A DNA stretch of 64,000 nt. Source: Glaucostegus cemiculus. Taxonomy: Eukaryota. The number at the start of each line of letters is the position of its first letter. Positions within the stretch are counted from its first letter, which is position 1. Location of the stretch: positions 3,100,001-3,164,000 of the forward strand of contig CDPCPM010000248.1 of the NCBI GenBank assembly GCA_976551045.1. Reading direction: 5' to 3'. The position numbers were made by a program, and so were the translations under genes. Shown here piece by piece: positions 34,241 to 47,165 of this stretch. Below the pieces are notes generated by a model. It did no database searches and had not been told where the DNA came from. It was given only the letters and a program-made list of their open reading frames with translations.

Positions 34241-37200
34241 CACCATCCACTACACTCAGCTATTGCCTTGGTTACCATTTGCTCATCTATTTGGAATTGG
34301 CAAAAGAGATGACCATAAACAATCTACTGTGAAGAACATCACCTTGGTAACACATGCCAATTATAAGTGTACTGCAGTAAAACATTGCATTAAGCAGATC
34401 TGAAAAGTGCCAACTTTGATTGGTCTTGGGTGATTTTCGTTAAATTCAGCCAGCATGGTATTGGACAAACCAAGGAAACATGGAAACCCAGACTTCTTCC
34501 CTTCTGGAGATCCATATTGGTTAGTACACAGCTATCAATATCTGATGAAATTAGCACCAGGCTCGGCTATAATACCCTATGTTTAACCAGCAACTATATT
34601 AAAACAAAAGCTCATAAGCAGTCATTTTCCTGATGCATCTTTGAAAACTGGCCAAAAATGTAAAAGGTGCCAGAGGGATTCAAATACTGTGGAATGGTAC
34701 CTACCAAGGGAATCAAAATATAACCAGAAAGAGATAGTTTAAAGAATCAACTTGATACAAATTAAATGAAGAAATGTACATAGATTAGACAATATAATCT
34801 CCAATGTGGATCAGTGTTGATTATAAAGACAATGTGAGTAATGTTAATGGCATATTTCCAATCCTTTATTGTAGAATTGTGGGCAACATCAGGCAACATT
34901 TTCAGAGTCTCTGTGCAAGGTGTGGAGATCTTCTTGATGAAATTGCTGATCAGAAACTCTGACAGGAAGTTTAGTTCCTCTGACTTGTGGTGTTTCCAGT
35001 GGCTCAACTGTATCCTGCAATGTGATAGAGATGGAGTCACTGGGATGAGTCGTTTTTGTTCTTTTTAATAACTCTACACATTCAGTTTGTGAGTAAGGAC
35101 AACAATGGAGTTTTAAAAGATTTTGATTGAAGACAACATTATCTAAAAGGCTGAGGTTGCTCTGCAATAAGAAATATGCAAAAGCCAGAAATATACAACA
35201 TGAATTAATGCTTCTGGAGTAGATCTGCACCTGCCAGCAACAAATTGGCAATTTGGGTAAAAGATTAGTGGGCCCCATAGGATTTTCCAACCTTTTAAAT
35301 TTTAATTGCCAGGAAATCCTGCTGGGCCATCTGATCTCTACACCTATATTCCCAAAACATAATCCCAATGAGCAAACTCTCTGCCGGAAGCAAAGTTTCA
35401 TTAGGTTTTGTCTTAAATGCATACTTAAGAAGTAATTTTCAGATTCTGTGCTCCTGTTGGGAGCCTCACTAGCCAGGAGACTAGAGAACAAGAATTACAC
35501 ATGAACATTATTGTAAATGATTGTAGAATTGCTGGTGTCTCATGAAGTTCTCGACAGTTTTGTTTATCATTGATCGGGCATCAGTCCAAAATAAGAGCCC
35601 ACTTCTCATCAGCATATATGGTGTCAGAATAGTAGCTCAAAGGAAAGATTCATGAATGGAAATATTCATAAAATAAATTTTGAAGCGGAAAACTATAAAA
35701 TGTGTTAATTATATACTTTTAACATACAAGGTATGTATCATGTGCCTTAATTTTCCTTTTCCTTAGTATTTCTGGATATCCAAGCTACCTGTGGATTTAG
35801 AAACCCATTTGAGGTGGTGGAATGCAAGAATGACTGTTTATTTGCTCCTGAGTTCTGCTAGTGTTGCTACTCATCTGGTATACAGAAGCATCTGAAGTAG
35901 GCTCCAAACCTTGATAATATCCCTTTCCTCTCAATGGCTATGTGCTGATTTTATACTACACTTAATAAACCAGTCAAAGGCAACTATCCTTTGGCAGAGG
36001 TTAATGAACTTCATTGCTATGGTTGCTATCAACTTGTGTCCGCTGTTGTTGGTTGAAATGAGAACTTGTGTGGCACAATGAGACTACCTGCTGCATATCA
36101 TTATTCATAATCCAACAAGCATACAAACTCAACCAAGGAAAAGGTATACCTGTTGGTGTCCTTCATACTAAACCAAGGGCTGGAGCAGAGATTAGAGAAA
36201 ATAAGTATAGTTATTTTGACAAACTCTGACGTCTCACTTTGAAATACCGTTTAGCTGCGAATTCAACCATGTTTCCCTTTTTAAGTAGTTACCCTTTTTA
36301 TGTTGCTGCTTTAAAAAGCCATGTGTTTTGTAACTGCATCTTTTTAATGTATTCCAACATTCACTATAATCCAAATGGACATGAAATATCCCATTGCATC
36401 TTATAATGTATCACAGAATACAGCAGAACCCATCCCACATAAGCTTAGAGTACTTCAATGAAATAGCTTTTAATACTTGAATTATGAATAGATTAAAAAG
36501 GCATTTCATTTGGTTTAAACTACACAACTACAAAATAATCACTGCTATCATTTATTATATTGTTATTTAACCACCCATAATTACTTTCAAAATTCCTTTT
36601 ACTTTATGTTATACTTTATGAATTATTTAAGAAAATTATTTTTGTTGGGCAGTGTTATACTTTTAATAGCTTTTGAAATCCTCTTGATGGAACTTAACAA
36701 AGGGGATATTAGATGTAAGCTGTGAGTATCCTTTTTGGACTTTCCAACATAGGGCAATAATTGAGAATCAAATCTGCACGATATTCCATTTCACGCACCT
36801 TTACTCACACAAAAAAAATTGTAATGTATTACTTTAATTTAATTTTACAGTTGGAAAGTAATTTTTCATGGCCTAAATGTGACAGGTTATGGCAAATTCT
36901 AATGGTATATTTGTAGCATATGTAAAAGAATGGCAACTGTGTAAATAGGGTTATGTATGTCTGCACCATTTATTTTACAGTACCCTGCCAATGTTTGGCT
37001 TTGTGAATAGTTTTATATAAATGCAATGTAAAATGCACAGTTAATAACTGATTAGCACCACTTTTTAATTCTCTTTTTTATTAAACTTCATGGAAGTTGA
37101 TTTTGACTGCAATTTCAAAAATAATAGGTATTAAAAGGAAAATGACTAAGTACAGCTCAATATAAATCTCTGTTCAGTGCAATACTTTTGGAGCAAACTA

Positions 37201-37329
37201 GTAATTGCTGATGTTTATCTATGTGACACTAATGCCATGTTGTGTAGAAAAGAAAAGCAATGTATATTCAGGATTTATAACTGTTATTATGTGGATGTAA
37301 ATGAAGACCTAAAAATTAACAAGTAAGAT

Positions 37330-37565
37330 CTGCATGTGATTGACATGCTTAAGCTCCCAATTTACAATCCTTGCACGTATTTCACAGGTTAACTGACTTG
37401 CTTTTGAAAGATTTGGATTGGTTGCTAGGAAACCTTATTTTGTATTCTTTTCGGTTTCCATACAGCATTAGCTTTGAAATTGATGAAACTGTCCCTTTAG
37501 GTACAGAGGGATTTAGGTTGACTCAGGCAGAGCCAGTGAAATTACAGCACAGATAAGCAAACAGT
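37330..37565. promoter_or_regulatory. Candidate regulatory element with RFX X-box, CCAAT and PBX-MEIS motifs
   Basis: TGATTGACA at 37337-37345, ATTGG at 37417-37421 abutting GTTGCTAGGAAAC at 37421-37433, and AGATAAGCAAACA at 37551-37563. Confidence 0.35.
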
Positions 37566-37829
37566 CATGTTCTTCTTGCAGGCTAAAGTGGTCTTTTATT
37601 TTGAGAAGCCAAACTTAAGGAGCAGGGATTGTATAGTGGGACACCACCAAGGCCAGGAAAATAAAAGAGGCGAGAAAAATTAGGAACTAATGAAAAAAGT
37701 GACAGCCAATTTCCCCCTTCAAAACTTGAAGGTAGTGGGGGGAAAAGATGAGAGGGCAGACTATGACTTAAACAGTGGTGTAAAATGGGTGACTGCAAGT
37801 CACCAAAACATTTAACTTCCACAGGAAGA

Positions 37830-38480
37830 TGTCAGTGGTCTGGTTAGGTATCCGCAAGAGTGGCAAATGAAATTTAATCTGGAGAAGTGTGAGAAAAATC
37901 ACTTGGGGAGGGCATGCAAACCAAGAGAGCTCAGAATATGTAGTTGGATATTAAGAAATATTAAAGAACAAAGGAATCTTGATGTGCATAACCACAAAAC
38001 CCTGAGGGGAACAGGGCATTAAAATGGTTAAGAAGGTATGTTGGATGCTTGATTGCAGTGGCCGAGACAGACAAGACAGTAGAGATCATTCTTAAACTGT
38101 ACAAAACACCAGGTCACGGTTAGATTACTCAGTCAAGTTCTAATCCTCGCCACAGTAAGGATGTGTTAGCACCAAAAAGGATGCAGAGGATATGTTCTGG
38201 GTATAACCTGGACTGGAATATTAATGTTGTGAGGAGAGACTGACTAATCTACGGATATTTTTGGAACAAAGGAGGGATTTACTTGAGGTGTATATTAACT
38301 ATAAGGTGCCTAAACTGCATTAGCAGCAGTGAGGTCAGTAACTAGGGCGGATAGATTTGTTAAGGGGGATTAAAGTGGGGTTGAAAATTAACTCACTCAA
38401 CAGGTGATGGAGGTCTGGAATCTAATGTCTGAAAGGATGTTGTGGCCAGGAAGCCTCATCACATTTAAAAGCTGGATGAG
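37830..38480 (+). mobile_element. Old degenerate CR1 ORF2 fragment
   Basis: TGGCAAATGAAATTTAATCTGGAGAAGTGTGAG (WQMKFNLEKCE) and decayed downstream CR1 motifs. Confidence 0.75.
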
Positions 38481-38504
38481 CGTGGCAATGGAACAAAAGG
38501 TGAG

Positions 38505-39990
38505 ATGTGGGTTTCTTTCAGGCTGGAAAGTCATAACTGGTGGAGTGACCCAAGGATCAGTTCTTGGCCCATAATTTTTTTTTACTATTTATGTTAATGA
38601 GCTGGAGGAGGGAACAGAGTGTAGGATATCCAAGTTTGCCAATGACGTGAACATAGGTGGGAGGGCATGCAGCATTCATGATATTTGGACTCTGCAACAC
38701 GATATAGATTGAGTGAGTGGGCAAAGACTTGGCAAATGGAGTTTAATGTGGGAAAATGTAAGGTAGACTATCATCTAAATGGAGAGAAAAATTGCAGATT
38801 AGTGAAGTACAGAGGCACCTAGGTGTTCTTGTACAGGAATCACAAAAAGCTAGTCGGCAAATGCACCAAATGGTTAGGAAAGCAAATGACATATTGGAGA
38901 AAAAGGGAAGAATTGTTACAATTGCAGAATGTTGGTGAGGCCACACCTGGAATACTGTGTACAGTTTTAGTCACCTTATTTAAGAAAGGTTATACTGGTA
39001 TCAGAGGCAGTCCAAAAGAAATTGACTTATTTCCTGAGATGAGAGATTTGTCCTATCAAAAGTGGCTAAAGAAGTTGAATCTACATCCTTTAGAATTTAG
39101 AAGAATGAGGGGGGATATTACTGAAATGCATACAATCCTAACGGGGGCAAGACAAGGTTGATGTTGAGATGTTTCCACGAGTGGGAGAATCTTGAAGAAG
39201 AGACATCTTTTACAAGGTTAGGGAATGGTCATTTGAAACTGAAATGCATAGGTTCTTATAGAGGTTGGTGAATATATAGAATTCTCTATCTGTCTTTACC
39301 TCTTGTTGTCTTGGTATAGCGGCCGGCATAATCAAAGACCCCACTCATCCGGGACACTCTCTCTTCTCTCCTCTTCCATCAGGTAGAAGATACAAGTGCC
39401 TGAGGGCACGTACCACCAGACTTAAAGACAGCTTCTTCCCCACTGTGATAAGACTATTGAATGGTTCCCTTATACATTGAGATGGTCTGTGACCTCACTT
39501 TCTACCTTGTGTGACCTTGCACCTTATTGCACTGCACTTTCTCTGTAGCTGTTACACTTTATTCTGTACAGTTAAAGTTTTTACTGTACTACATCAATGC
39601 ACTTTGTACTAACTATGTAACTGCACTGTGTAATGAATTGACCTGTACGATCGGTTTGTAAGACAAGCTTTTCACTGTACCCCGGTACAAGTGACAATAA
39701 TAAACCAATATCAATGTGGACCCAGATGATTCGGGGGATTTAAAGAGATAAAGCTTTGAAATATCAGGAAATTGAGAACTGTAGAGAATTGGCACAGAAG
39801 AGGAGACGAGGCATGGAGGAGATTAGCCACGATCATATGGGATGATAGGGCATGCTTGAGGGGCCAGCTTGGCCCGCTCTTGCTCCTTTTTTCATATCTG
39901 GTTTTCACGTGCTTCTGGCCAGTATGGGTATGATGGACCAAAAGCCCTGTTTCTTGCCATAAATGTTTATTCTATATTCTATTATTCTAT
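38505..39990 (+). mobile_element. Degenerate CR1 ORF2/3' UTR interrupted by Rex1 at 39283-39713
   Basis: GGAGTGACCCAAGGATCAGTTCTTGGCCCA (GVxQGSVLGP), AAGTTTGCCAATGAC and FRRMRGD; 3' UTR motifs resume at 39720. Confidence 0.8.
39283..39713 (+). mobile_element. Rex1/Babar LINE 3' end, young
   Basis: Near-identical reverse complement of 62256-62680; ends GTGACAATAATAAACCAATA. Confidence 0.92.
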
Positions 39991-41384
39991 GGTCTTGCTA
40001 CCATACACTTCTACTATTATACAAAGGCAAGATTTACCTAAAGTGAGGTAAATTTTGAGATCTAAATAAAAATTGCTGAAAATATTTGCCAGGTCAAGCC
40101 GCATTTTATCTGATGTCCTGGAAAGAAAAATATCACAGCTAGGTTTCAGACAAAATATGATGAGCGGGATGAAGAGTATGCAGGATATTGCTTTTGTTGC
40201 ACAGAGAAAATAGGAAAAGAAAATTCAGAAAAACATTAACCATAGCAACATGAAGAGAGACAAGAAACAATGCAATAGAAGGTGGAGGTTGAACTCAAGA
40301 AACTTGATGGTAAGCCATATGATTGCAACTTATTTAGAAGTATACAATGCCAAGTGATGACAAATGTAGCTAGGAGAATGATGGATGATTCACCAAAGTA
40401 TTCAAGACCCTCATTGTAGAGGCATTTAACTTAAGTAACAAGATTACCATTAGAACATTGTGTTGGAGGCCAAACTACTGATTAAATTAAGTTGGGAATG
40501 AGGTGATGAATAATTTCAGAGCTAATGACAGAATTTATAACACTGCAAAGAACCAGAGTCAGGATAATAAGGCATAATACAGGGGACTATTCATAAACAC
40601 ACACATTGCAGCATTGGCATAGGATACCACTGGGATGACAATGTTTTATTGGAGTCCAGAGTGTGGATCTGGTGGAAGTAAAATTGCACGTATTGTGAAA
40701 GCTAATGCCAATTATAATTACGGATTAGAATAGAGCAATGGAAAGATTTTGTTTACTGTGATCACATGAAAGATTAGAGGAAAAAGAAGTTTTTCACTTT
40801 TAGCAGAATTAGTCGCTGCTACCTGTTAGGTTAAATGCAGAATTGAGAGAAGTTATAAAAAAAAATTCTGCAAAAGATCAAAAGGGACACGGCAGAAAAT
40901 CATAATGTTGACACTTATCAGTTTACTCAATGACTGAATACTGATAAATGGGGTAGGCTTATTTCCCCAACCCAACAAGAATAGACGGTAACAGAGTAAA
41001 AAAAACCTGGAAAAGTAACTAAATGCTTAAATCTCACCTGCTGTGAGTGGAACCACATTTGCCCGTAAACTGTACAGCAGGTCAACGACCATTTTGTTCA
41101 AGGGCCTACACCTGGGAAGTTCAAGTATTCACAAGCTCCAGTGTGATGTGTACCAGGAAAGGCCTCCTTTTGCTCTGCTGTGGCAGAAAGTACAAAGAAA
41201 ATCAGAAGGTCAGGGGTCATGTGGAAGCTCATCGAGGAAAGGGTAGGATTGAAGGGCTGGTTAGCCTGCAATCTCAAGAGTGGTCCCTGGTATAAGATTG
41301 GAAGTGTTAGGTGGGGGGGCACAAGATTAGATAGGTAGGGCTGGGGTTGCAGGTTGGTAGAATGAAGAAGGCACGCCAGTGGCT

Positions 41385-41915
41385 CTACTTCATTAGGAGT
41401 TTGAGGAGCTTTGGTATATCACCAAAGACTCTTGCAAATTTCTACAGCTGTATGGTGCAGAGCATTCTGACTGGTTGCATCACTGCCTGGTATGGCTCCA
41501 ATGCGTAGGATCGAAAGAGGCTGCAGAGGGTTGTAGACTCAGCCAGCTTCATCTCAGGCACAACCCTCCCTGTCATCAAGGACATCTTCAAGAGGCAGTG
41601 CCTCAAGAATGCGACATCCATTATTAAGGACCTTCACCATCTGGGACATGCCCTCTTCACATTACCACCATTGGGGAGGAGGTACTGGAGCCTGAAGACT
41701 CTCACTCAATGTTTCAGGAAAAGCTTCTTTTCCTCCGCCATCAGATTTCTGAACAGTCCATGAACCCATGAACACTACCTCATTATTCCTCTTTTGCACT
41801 ATTTATTTATTTTTGTAATTTACAGTAATTCTTATGTCTTGTACTGTACTGCAGCTGCAAAGCAACAAATTTCACGATATGCGTCAGTGATATTAAACCT
41901 GATTCTGATTCTAAT
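41385..41915 (+). mobile_element. Rex1/Babar LINE 3' end (second subfamily)
   Basis: Encodes ILTGCITAWYG...DRKRLQRVVDSA...IIKDxHHLGHALF; (GATTCT)n tail. Confidence 0.9.
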
Positions 41916-42789
41916 TCTGGATTGTGTGAGCACGGGTCCTGGGGACCAGGAGTAGTCAGTGGAAGTAGGGTTTTAAAACTGGTGAAGTTTGGCTGAGGAG
42001 GTTGGTAGTTAGGGACAGGTTGTCACAGAGTGGGGGTTAGAGTGGTGGTTTTGAGGATAAGCTGAGACTGCACATTACTTGAAAGGAACCTATATGAAAT
42101 GGGTTCCCAAAGTTGGAATCCATGGGCTGGAACCTGCTCAGCCAAGCCTCCTCCTAATAATGCAAAGGTAGGCTTTGCAGGCAGTATGAAGACTTGCTCC
42201 TGAGTGAGTGACTTAAGGATAGAGCAGGTCACACTCGTATGGATAAAACTTCTGTACCTGTGGATGTGGTTGGATGCCTCTGCACATGGCCAAGCTCCTC
42301 TGTGCGTTAGCCCATCAAACCACAAAGACGATCTTGTCAGAAAATCGCGGGACCTGGCAATTTGAAAGGTTCCTGATTTTCCTGAAATGAAATTGAAAAT
42401 GAATTAAATGACCCACGCAGTATGTCATTTCAAATTCTATTAGTCATCTCAAGTACCGATTTGTAGGGCAAAACCTCATGAATACATGAAGAGTGAGATT
42501 ATTTGATGTCATTGGCATCCTAGTGTGATTTTAACCTACAAAAGAAGAAGTCTCAACTGACACTGAACCTGCTAGGCAAAGCATAGAATGACTATTGTTC
42601 AAACTACAATTGGAAAGAAGCTTTACAATGATAACCACTTACCAGCTCTTGGATTGATTTGCCGTTGAGACTTTTACATTTCCATTGGTTTTGGAGATTA
42701 CTTTTCTTGTTTTTACTCTTTCAGGTATCATTCTTAGAACCTTAATTTCCTTGCAGGACGAGTAATACCAAGGGAAATAATTGTAAGTA

Positions 42790-43133
42790 GGCAGACCGAC
42801 CCTCATCTGTTCAGCCTACAGAGAGACATTGTGTGAGGGAAACTGCTCGTAACTCTCAGAGTGACTGTGGACGAGTGTCTCACAGTGCACGAGGCAGCTA
42901 TTCTCTCCTGGCATGCTGTCACTGTTTTTCACTCTCTCCAATCAAGAACATCCACTTACTACAGAGACAGATGGCAGTGCTGCGCCAGTGGCTATGAACT
43001 TCCTTCCCTCAGGCTCGTTCCAGGATGGTCCAAGGGACATTTTTCACATCTCTCGATCTGTATTTCATAAATGCTTCAATCAGATATTCAGCGCTCTCCT
43101 TGCCAGGGTGAAGAGCTGCATTACATTCCTAAG
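42790..43133 (+). mobile_element. PIF/Harbinger transposase fragment (HARBI1-like HTH region), degenerate
   Basis: ORF 42913-43137 peptide VAMNFLPSGSFQDGPRDIFHISRSVFHKCFNQIFSALLARVKSCITF fits the Harbinger motif L.F.A.GSFQ...GD...ISQS....C...V..AL......I.FP. Confidence 0.75.
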
Positions 43134-44909
43134 GTAATATCATGGTTGAGAGGCTTTAGCTGTGAGTGGAGACTGAGAAATTAGAACATTTATCAGCATT
43201 AAGGAGAACTGCTGGAGGTGACTAAAAGTATGAATGTTTTAATAAAGTAAATAGGGAAAAAGAATTTATTTTTGATCAAGAGGAGTTATTAAATCATAAG
43301 ATAGTTTAGAAGAACAGGATTATAAGCAGAAACCACAATACATTTAAAAATAAAGAGAAGGGAATGAACATTTTAAATGGTATGGAAACTAGGCAGAGGA
43401 ATGGGACTAAATGCATTGATCAGGAAGCTGGTTCAGGTAGAATAGGTCATCTACTTTAAAGTGCAGAATTCTCTTGTTCTTTAAAGTAGATTGAAGACAG
43501 TTAAAAACCAAGGGCAACTAACCCATTATCAGAAATTATTTCATTACCTTTGTTTAACGGTGGGCTCTGCAGGAATGTACTTTTTCGCTCCTGCATTCCA
43601 AAATACTCCAGGCATTGTTTCAAATGAACCCACTTTGAAAAGATGGCAGTTTTGTGTGAAGTAGGCAACTTCAATCTCGAGGGCAGTTTTGGGTGGAATC
43701 CTGTTTAGATCCTGAAGTATTTGACAAGGCCAGTGCATTAGTTGAAGGTATTTGCAATCCAGATGTTCAGAAGCCTACAGGATGCATGTGACAATCCAAG
43801 AATTGAAGTGTTTTTTGTCACGGGCACAGTCTGACAGCTGCCACATTAAGACAGTGTGCTGCAGGACATGACTGAACATTTTATGACTGGGGCAGTGCCA
43901 ATGTAACTTGGCAGGGCTGCCAGTGTCACTCTGACTGAGTGAACACTCCAGGGTTGGAGACTGTTAAAGGGGTCATTTCTCAAATGTAGAACTTGACCCG
44001 TACCAAATGAATTTAGATGAGCTCTCCATTTTTTGTCTTTTTCTTGACCTTTTGTCACCACTTGTCATATAACACAAGGGATTAAAATTAGCAAAGGATA
44101 AAAGCAGAAATGCCATTGAAAGAGCTTGTTGCTACATTATTTAAATGAACCAGTATGTGATAATATTTATTTGTGTGGTACCATGTCAGCATGTGGTTGA
44201 GTCTTAAGGGTAAAAAGAATAACAAAACAAATAAAAGCTCCGGGTGCTGTTCATTAAGTAAACCACCTTGTGGCGATCCTTTATCCTTGCTCAACAATAT
44301 GTGAAAATGAAAGCAATGTAAAAGCATACAGAGATAAGCAAAGGTAGCCAATCTTCCTTATTAAAACATTGCCTGGTCATACATCACCTGTGCCTACATA
44401 CATTACAGCACTTTCCAGTTGACTGTATACAGCAGCGCCAGGCTTAATCCTGTGGCTTGCAAAATGCAGCTTGGTTTTATTTCATTTTCTGAATTGGGTT
44501 CCTTCAGAGTAAATGTACGTGGTCTCAGATAGGGATGTCGTCGAAGCTGTTCTCATTCAGCAGCTGTAACGTTGCTGGAAGTGTGCTGGAGAGCCTGTCT
44601 AATCCAACACCGTTTGTTGACTCTGTCTCCAACTTCCTGTTAAATTAAACTGAGCATGTGGCTGTTGTGCCTGATATGACATCTGGGAATTATAGTAATA
44701 TTTTTAATTTACATATTATGAAAACAAATTAATTTTTAAATGACAGTTTTGTTTTCTGTGCTTTCCAATCCTCTCGTGCAAGAAGTCAGTTTTACTAGGA
44801 GGCACAATTCGGAAACAACGTTCCGGTACACCCGGCAGAAAATGAAGAGAATTCCGCATTGTTCAACTCTCACTGCAAAGTTTCCCTGCTAAGAGGTTGC
44901 AACAGGAAC

Positions 44910-45347
44910 ACAAAACGTAGAACAGTATAGCACAGGGATGGATGCTTCGGCCCACGATGTTGTGCTGAACTAATTAAACGAAGGATACCGTATCACTTCT
45001 GCCTGCCCAATGTTCATATCCCTCCAGGTGCCTATCAAAGAACCTCTTAAACACCTCTATTGTATCTGACTCCTCCACTACCCCGGCAGCACATTCCAGT
45101 CACCCGCCTCTCTGTGTAAAAGACTTGCCACACACATCACCCTTGAACCTTCCCCTTTTGTCTTAAATGCATGCCCTCTAGTATTAGACATTTCAACACC
45201 GGGGAAAGGATATCGGCTGTCTATCTCTGCCTCTCAAAAGTTTATAAACTTTGATCCAGTCTCCCCTCAGTCTCCACCACTCCAGAGAAAACAATTGTAG
45301 TTTGTCCAGCCTCTCCTTATAGCACCTGCCCTCTAATCTAGGCAGCA
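44910..45347 (-). mobile_element. CR1 3' end
   Basis: AGAACAGTATAGCACAGG...TTCGGCCCACGATGTTGTG tail and AAATGCATGCCCTCTAGTATTAGAC (reverse of SNTRGHAF). Confidence 0.88.
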
Positions 45348-45974
45348 AAAGAAAGACTTAGATTCCCTGCAGGACTTGAGATGTTTTAGAGGCACGGTAA
45401 AATATGGTGGACATTGGAGGCAGGTGGAATCTACTTCTTAAGTGCTGAAGCTAATTGTCATGCTGCTTTCTGTTCCAAATTCTTGTTCCAGAAATGTTAT
45501 TGTGAAGTGCAATGTTTGTGTGTGTGACCTTGGTAGTATTTCTTCATAAAGCATGATGCAGCACCTACACAGTGCACGCTCCGTGATTTTCTTTGCAGCT
45601 CTCCTGTGCACTTGGTGTTCAATGGCATGCGATGCATGAGCTGATGGCACGTTTATAAAATTCATTGGCACAAGCATGGTCCACAGATGGTGTAGGGGAC
45701 TCATGCAGAAGCACACCTGCTGTAGCACGGCTAAAGGGTAAACTGCCTCAGCAGGTCTGAGACACTTGAGTTCAGAGCTGGGAACTGCCTACAGTTGGGA
45801 GCACTTTAAGTAAGGAAAATCTTGCCTCAGACAGGTGTGTTTTCTTCAGTTCCCTCAATTCATTCCTCAGTTAAGGTTCCCATCATCCCCAAGCTGAACA
45901 CAAGCCCAGTTCTTTACCCATTCAACTGATCGTGACTTCTTATGTCTTACTGCCATTCTCAATCTCTCCTTAAG

Positions 45975-47165
45975 AAGTAGAAGCAGGACTGAGCTAATAG
46001 GCTCAGTGTATTTATACTGCCATTCAATAAGATTATGCCTGATCTTTCATTTCAGCTCCATTTTCCTGCACTGATTCCACATCCCTCGATCTCTTAAAAA
46101 TCTATCAAATCTATCCTTGAATAAATGCGACACCTCAGCCTCCACAGCCACCTGGAGTGGAGGAATTCACTACGGCCCAAGTGACCAACCTACTTCTCAT
46201 CTCTGTGTGAGTTGGCAGTCCCCCATTTTGAGACTGTCACTCTTAGTTCTTGCATGTTTCAATGACACCATCGGTCATTCTAAATTCAAGAGCATGCAGG
46301 CCCAGTCTGATTAATGTCTTCTCCTACAACAAACCCACCAGAAATCAGTCTGGTGTAACTCCTCTGTAAACCCTTATTTGCCAGTATATCCTTTATTAGG
46401 TAGGGAGACCAGGCCTGTGTACGAAATCCTAGAAGGTTTTATATAGCTGACTAAGACGTCTCTAATCTCGTATTCAGACAATGAAGGCCAATGTACCAGT
46501 TGCCTTTCTAATTGTTTTTGGGACTTTCATGTGAGCTTACAGTGAATTGTGGACAAGGACACTCAAATCCTTCTAAACACCAACATCTTACCATTAAAAC
46601 AAAACACTTACCTTTCCATTTCTTCTACTAAGATGGATGACCTCACTTTGTTCCACATGATGTTCCTGGTTTCACATCCTTGCCTACTCACATAATCAGT
46701 CCATATCCACTTGAAGCCTCCCTGGATCCTGCTCACAGCCCACAATGTCATCTAGCTTTGGATATATTGCATCCAATCTCCTCATCCAAATCAGCTAGGA
46801 TCCCAAATAGATCTTTGTGGCATCCCGATGGTCATAAACTGAACATAAAGATCTCCCATTTATTCCTACTTGCTGTTGCCTGTCCATTGACAAATCCTCA
46901 GTAACTACAAATATAACACCACCCTTATCACATTCTCTAATTGCATTCAATAATTTCTTGTGCGACACCATATTGAAAACTTCCAGAATGTCCAAATACA
47001 ACACATCAACTATTTCACTCTTATCTATCCTTGTTTCAACTAAAACAAAATCAGCATGTTTTTGGAATATTATTTCCCCCTCATATATCCATATTGACTC
47101 TGTTCCATTTTGTTATACTTTCTGTGATCATATGCCCATATCCTAAATATAGATTCCAGTATTTC
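45975..47165 (-). mobile_element. Old CR1 ORF2/3' UTR
   Basis: 3' UTR CCATTCAATAAGATTATGCCTGATC; minus peptide LYLDILEVFNMVSHKKLL (decayed YLDFxKAFDKVPH). Confidence 0.75.
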
